Source of the DNA: a virus
Lineage: Duplodnaviria; Caudoviricetes
Direction: 5' to 3' (one strand)
IMG/VR virus record: IMGVR_UViG_3300029288_000101
Coordinates: 45,728-109,727 of that record
Length of the DNA stretch: 64,000 nucleotides
Positions within the stretch are counted from its first letter, which is position 1. Every line of letters starts with the position of its first letter. The notes under the pieces are model-generated. The model searched no databases, was not told the DNA's origin, and saw only the letters and a program-made list of their open reading frames with translations. The position numbers were made by a program, and so were the translations under genes. Shown here in pieces: positions 59,556-64,000 of this stretch.

Positions 59556-60353
59556 TTATTTCTTCTTTTTATTTCTTTTCTTTCTATATTTAGGGTCTTC
59601 CCAAAGTTTTTTAACAGACTCACTAATTTTTACTCTCTGTTCTAAAGAAATAGTCTTTCCTAAATTAGCTCTTCTTATATTTTCTTTATGTTCTTCTGTA
59701 AGTTTCATTCCTATTCTCGCTTTGCTTATATTTTTACGATGTTCTTTAGAACATTTTTTATTTTTTCTATTTTTACAAAATTTTTCTTCTGCTTCAGGGT
59801 GTTCTTTAAAATATTTTTTTCTAGCTTTACTTATTTTCTTTTTGGTTTTCTCTGAATGGTGCTTATTTTTCATAGGGTGTCCGTCCCTCTCAATTTGTTT
59901 TTTTGTTGATTTAGACATTTTCTTTTTTGCTTTCTTTGTATGGCATCTTCTCTTCATTGGACTATCTTGTGTTAAAAATCTTCTCTTTTGAGCCTTACTG
60001 CAATTTTCTTTTTGTTTTTCTGTCCATTTAAATCCTGAAGTTCCCTCTCCTCCATCTGTCATATTATAACCAAAATCGTGACCATATCTATTTATATTAG
60101 TTTTAAATTTTCTAATATAAATTCTTTCCCAAACTTTTGCTTCTTTTATTGTTTTACAAACTCTTATCACTTCTTTTTTAAAATTATTTCTTCCATATTT
60201 TCTTATAGCGTTATGGAAACAATAATTGCTATTAAACTTGAAAGTATTTTCACAATGCCCTTTCCATCTCTTTTGTAAAGTCCCACTTGAATAACCAAAA
60301 TATTTTTTATTATCAATTATGTTTGTTATTTTATAAACTATCATAATAAGCAT
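59556..60353 (-). mobile_element. free-standing GIY-YIG homing endonuclease with NUMOD3 repeats
   Basis: IVYKITN...K.YFG, RW..H, AIRKYG..NF, E..YI, GYNMT.GGEG, H(S/T)E..K.KIS repeats. Confidence 0.88.
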
Positions 60354-60395
60354 TTTAACTTATTATAACTGAGTTAATCTTCTTTCTTATCTACC

Positions 60396-62168
60396 TTATT
60401 TATTAAGCCAATTAAGACAAAATGTTCCAAATAATTCTAAAATATTTTTTTCTCTCATATCAAATATTTCTATATTTACTGCACCCACTAATTTCTCATA
60501 AGTTTTTATTCTATGTAAAGAATGTTCACAAAAATATCTATCTTCATTATCAATAAAATCCACAAATAAACTCTTTTTCTTTTTTTCAGTGACACCTGTT
60601 ACTCTTCCTCTAATTTGTGTAATAAGACTACTCTCAAAACCTCCAGAAATATTTAATAAAATTTGTGCTTCAGGCAATGTAATTCCTTTTTTGTAAATAT
60701 AAGAACTAAATAAAATATTATTATTTCCTTTTAAAAAATTATTTTTTTCTAATTCTCTTCTATCTACAGTATCTATTCCTGATATGAATGGATACCCACT
60801 TTTTTTAGATAACATTCTCCCATGTGTGATATTATTAGTTATCAACAAGGTTTTTATATTATTTTCATTAAAGAAAGCCACAACCTTCAATATTATTTCA
60901 TTTCTTTGTTTATTTTTTATTATTAGTCTCTCAACTAATTTACTATAAGTTCCTACTTGTCTTTCATGTTTTAAATATAATAATAAAACCTTATTCTCAG
61001 CAATAACACCTCTTTCGATTAATTTCTCTTCTTTAATTTCATAAATAATTCCACCAGTAATTTCTTTTACATTCACAGCAGCAATCTTATCATCCTTTAA
61101 TGGTGTTGCTGATAAGGAAAGCAAATATTCAGAATTTAATCTTCTAATCAATCCTATTTTAAATTTTGATTTTGAGAATTCGTGCACTTCGTCTACAATT
61201 CCTAGGACAACACTATTTAATAATAACAAAATTTTTTTATATTTTTCAGGATGTTTTTCTTTATTTCTATAAATGCTTTGAATTGTTTGACACATAGCAA
61301 CATTAATGTTTTTTAAATCAAACACATTTCCTTTTATTTTTCCTATTTCTTCAGGATAAAGATTTAAAAATTTTGAAATATCATTTATTGCTTGACTGAA
61401 TAAATCAGTAGAATCAGTTAAAAAAAGTATAATTGAACCAGGTTTCCTTTCTAAAATTAACCTAATTATTTCTGATGCGACAAATGTTTTTCCACCCCTG
61501 GTAGGGATTTTGATTATCCCAATTCGTTTTTTAAAGAAAACCTTAATTGCTTCTCTTTGATAATCTCTCTCAGGAGGCAAAAGCTGTTTTGAGAACTTTA
61601 TCCAACTAATATCTTGGTCTTCATTACCTTGAAATTCATATTTTATTTTGTTCTTCTTCAACGCTCTCTCCACATATTCCCACAAGCCATAAGAAAAACT
61701 TTTCCTTCTTTTATTAAATTTCTTTATTCTGCCATCCCAATGGTGTTCTTGGTACTTATTTGAAAACTCTGCACCTGGTATTCTGAATGAAAGGCATTTT
61801 ATTAAAAGCCTTAATTCAATACTATTATAATTAAAACAAAATACGTTTCGTTTGATTTTCTTGAAAGTCAGCACAATCTTAATTACAATTTTTATGTTTT
61901 TCTTTGAATTTTTAACTTCTTCTTGAATTAGCTTATTATAATCTCTCAACATTCTAATTTCTAAGCCTTTCTTATTTGTTAACTTCTCTACACTTTTACA
62001 AATTTCACAACTAACTATACATCTGGAAAGGTCTACAATAATATACTTCTTGTTAGGCTTAATTTTTTCTTCTTCAAAATGTAAATCAAAAAGCTTAATT
62101 ACATTTTTTTTTCTTTTTAAATAATCATCCATACTTAACCCAACACCATTAAAATTAACATTTAACAT
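60396..62168 (-). CDS. UvsW-like SF2 DNA helicase
   Basis: WDG.I, RDYQ, PTRGGKT, DEVH, LSATP, Q..GR, VDF.D. Confidence 0.85.
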   Translation of the reverse strand: MLNVNFNGVGLSMDDYLKRKKNVIKLFDLHFEEEKIKPNKKYIIVDLSRCIVSCEICKSVEKLTNKKGLEIRMLRDYNKLIQEEVKNSKKNIKIVIKIVLTFKKIKRNVFCFNYNSIELRLLIKCLSFRIPGAEFSNKYQEHHWDGRIKKFNKRRKSFSYGLWEYVERALKKNKIKYEFQGNEDQDISWIKFSKQLLPPERDYQREAIKVFFKKRIGIIKIPTRGGKTFVASEIIRLILERKPGSIILFLTDSTDLFSQAINDISKFLNLYPEEIGKIKGNVFDLKNINVAMCQTIQSIYRNKEKHPEKYKKILLLLNSVVLGIVDEVHEFSKSKFKIGLIRRLNSEYLLSLSATPLKDDKIAAVNVKEITGGIIYEIKEEKLIERGVIAENKVLLLYLKHERQVGTYSKLVERLIIKNKQRNEIILKVVAFFNENNIKTLLITNNITHGRMLSKKSGYPFISGIDTVDRRELEKNNFLKGNNNILFSSYIYKKGITLPEAQILLNISGGFESSLITQIRGRVTGVTEKKKKSLFVDFIDNEDRYFCEHSLHRIKTYEKLVGAVNIEIFDMREKNILELFGTFCLNWLNK

Positions 62169-62172
62169 TACA

Positions 62173-62535
62173 CTATTTTAAATGAGGATTTGTTTTTCTC
62201 GCTGATACAGGATACCAACGGATGCAAATTTTTATATAACTATTTTCTTTATCAACAATAACAACTGTAGATTTTTGACAGTTCTTATAAATTTTATATT
62301 GATTATAAGTACCACTAGAAGTTACATAAGAATATCCTAATTTAAACAACGCTTCTTCATCATATTTCCAATAACTGCTTACTCCATCAGTCCATTCTTT
62401 TTGTTAACTTGATAAATCAGAACCACCGATAACCTCGTTTTCATAATTAGCAATAGATTTTTCAGTTTGAGCGTGACACGGAACACAACCTGATAAGGTA
62501 CAAACAGTAACGATTAAAAGAATTAATTTTTTCAT
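62173..62535 (-). pseudogene. putative lipoprotein with in-frame TAA (62404-62406)
   Basis: Translated by hand: MKKLILLIVTVCTLSGC...DLSS*QKEW...NPHLK; 121 codons with a single internal stop. Confidence 0.65.
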
Positions 62536-62694
62536 AAATTTTTGTTTTAAAATATTTTATTATTTTTATTATGTCCAATAATCCTCATACTTCTTGTTCT
62601 TCTTAACTATGTTTTGTTCTTTTTCTTTCTCTAAAAGCTCAATCTTCTTTCGCTTTAAGGATTTCTGTTGTTTAATTTTCTTATTCTTCATTGT

Positions 62695-63456
62695 TTAATC
62701 TCGTTCCCACTTATGAGCATTTTTCTTTAATTCACCAAAAGTAGTTTCTATATTAAAATGGCGTTCTTTGTTTTTCACTACCTTAAAACCATATTTCTCA
62801 CAAACATCATGAGCATAACGAAATTTAGAAACAATTATAAACGCTTTTGCTGGTGCAGCAGCATTTCCATTAGCATTACCACCATTTCTATAATGGTATA
62901 AATCTAATAAAGTTTTAAAAACCTCTTGCTTCTCGCCTGTAATATTACAAAATAATCTCTTATAACCTTCCATTATTGGCCAAAGCTCTGTATCTAATTT
63001 ATGGCGAGTTTCAGCGCAGCGATCTAAGATTTCAAAAAATTCTTTATCAGTAAATAATTTTTGCTTATTAACTGAAAGGGCTAATTTTTCATTCAAAGAA
63101 CACAAGGCTTTTTGATTGTTTTCAATAAAAGATTTCCGAATTATAGCTGACCTGCCATTATATTCAATATCATCATCAATTTTAGCTTTTTTATCGGGTG
63201 TAATTTCTTCATATTTTTTTAAGGTTCTTAATTTAACAAACTCTAGCCACATCTTTTTTGAAAACTTAAAATCATCACCAAATTTTTCAAGAATTTCACC
63301 ATAAGCGTCCAATTTAATACTGTTAGCGGCTTGACAAATTTCACTTTGTAATTTGTCTGCCACTAAAATTATCGCTTTCCCTTTTTCTTGTTTAGTTTCA
63401 TAATCAGAAAGCGACAATTCTTTCATCATTTGTTTTGTAATGTCTTCTTTTTGCAT
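62695..63456 (-). CDS. hypothetical protein
   Basis: 253-aa ORF. Confidence 0.65.
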   Translation of the reverse strand: MQKEDITKQMMKELSLSDYETKQEKGKAIILVADKLQSEICQAANSIKLDAYGEILEKFGDDFKFSKKMWLEFVKLRTLKKYEEITPDKKAKIDDDIEYNGRSAIIRKSFIENNQKALCSLNEKLALSVNKQKLFTDKEFFEILDRCAETRHKLDTELWPIMEGYKRLFCNITGEKQEVFKTLLDLYHYRNGGNANGNAAAPAKAFIIVSKFRYAHDVCEKYGFKVVKNKERHFNIETTFGELKKNAHKWERD

Positions 63457-63624
63457 AATTTTACAATTTTAATTTACGATTTATAAATTTTTAAATTATA
63501 ACTTTGAAATCCAAAGTATTAAGATTTCGACGATTTTTTGGTCTACAAAACTCCCTCAATTTATTTTTACAATAATTTCTACAATTAACATCCTGATTTT
63601 ATAAAATAAAGCGCAAAACGATTT

Positions 63625-64000
63625 TTAATCATATTGAATTGAAATCTCTATATTTTCTCTCGTTAAACGATTCTTTAAATAATCTTCTAAATCAACATCA
63701 GCCACAGAATTAACTGGAGCTGGTAATATAGTCCGCCTCAGCCAAATACCTATTGCTTCTCCAACTGCTAAAGAACTTGCCAATAATATTTTTGTCCCGA
63801 CTCTGGATGGTTGAAAAAATGTTATTCCATAAGGTAATGCTCTTGAATTTTGAATAGTTCCAATCTTATTATCTACAAACGCTTCCTTTCCTATTTCTAA
63901 TTTAGCATTCTTATCTGTCAAAGGATAAGTAAAATATAAATAAATATTTGTAACTGCTGCACTGGTAGTGTTCTTCAATGATATTGCTTTTGTTTCTATT
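63625..64000 (-). CDS. partial hypothetical protein running off the window edge
   Basis: Open frame near the window end; L..GE.IGIWL.R motif suggests a structural protein. Confidence 0.5.
   Translation of the reverse strand, partial: IETKAISLKNTTSAAVTNIYLYFTYPLTDKNAKLEIGKEAFVDNKIGTIQNSRALPYGITFFQPSRVGTKILLASSLAVGEAIGIWLRRTILPAPVNSVADVDLEDYLKNRLTRENIEISIQYD

Noticed and set aside
1-64000. Genome-wide stop-codon reassignment (TAG or TAA to Gln)
   Set aside because: Long core genes are intact in code 11, and both TAA and TAG terminate genes at sensible positions

Overview
A 64-kb, very AT-rich segment of a large (probably jumbo) dsDNA phage genome. Essentially all real genes are on the minus strand. 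A Bacteroidota-type host is likely, based on a TAnnTTTG promoter, A-rich start contexts and a DUF6291 gene. In transcription order (right to left) the window holds: a replication and recombination block (UvsW-like helicase, DnaB, primase, sigma-like factor, tRNA-Glu); a dUMP-hydroxymethylase-like thymidylate synthase homologue; a DnaE polymerase split in two by a GIY-YIG homing endonuclease; an accessory tract of about 7 kb of small, partly decaying genes; HD and Nmad1 nucleotide-modification genes; UvsY, SSB, RecA, gp47, gp46 and RuvC; dUTPase, RtcB, RNase H and DnaQ; the terminase large subunit; and a 10-gene soluble glycan-building operon. The most notable observations are: (1) the fractured DnaE carries vestigial, apparently non-splicing split-intein-like tags at the break; (2) a Stealth/GT/methyltransferase glycan operon co-occurs with a probable hmU pathway; (3) an aberrant tRNA-like RNA and a separate ~150-nt structured RNA flank recA; (4) several otherwise open accessory genes carry single in-frame stops. 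All family assignments come from motif recognition by eye; no database searches were run.
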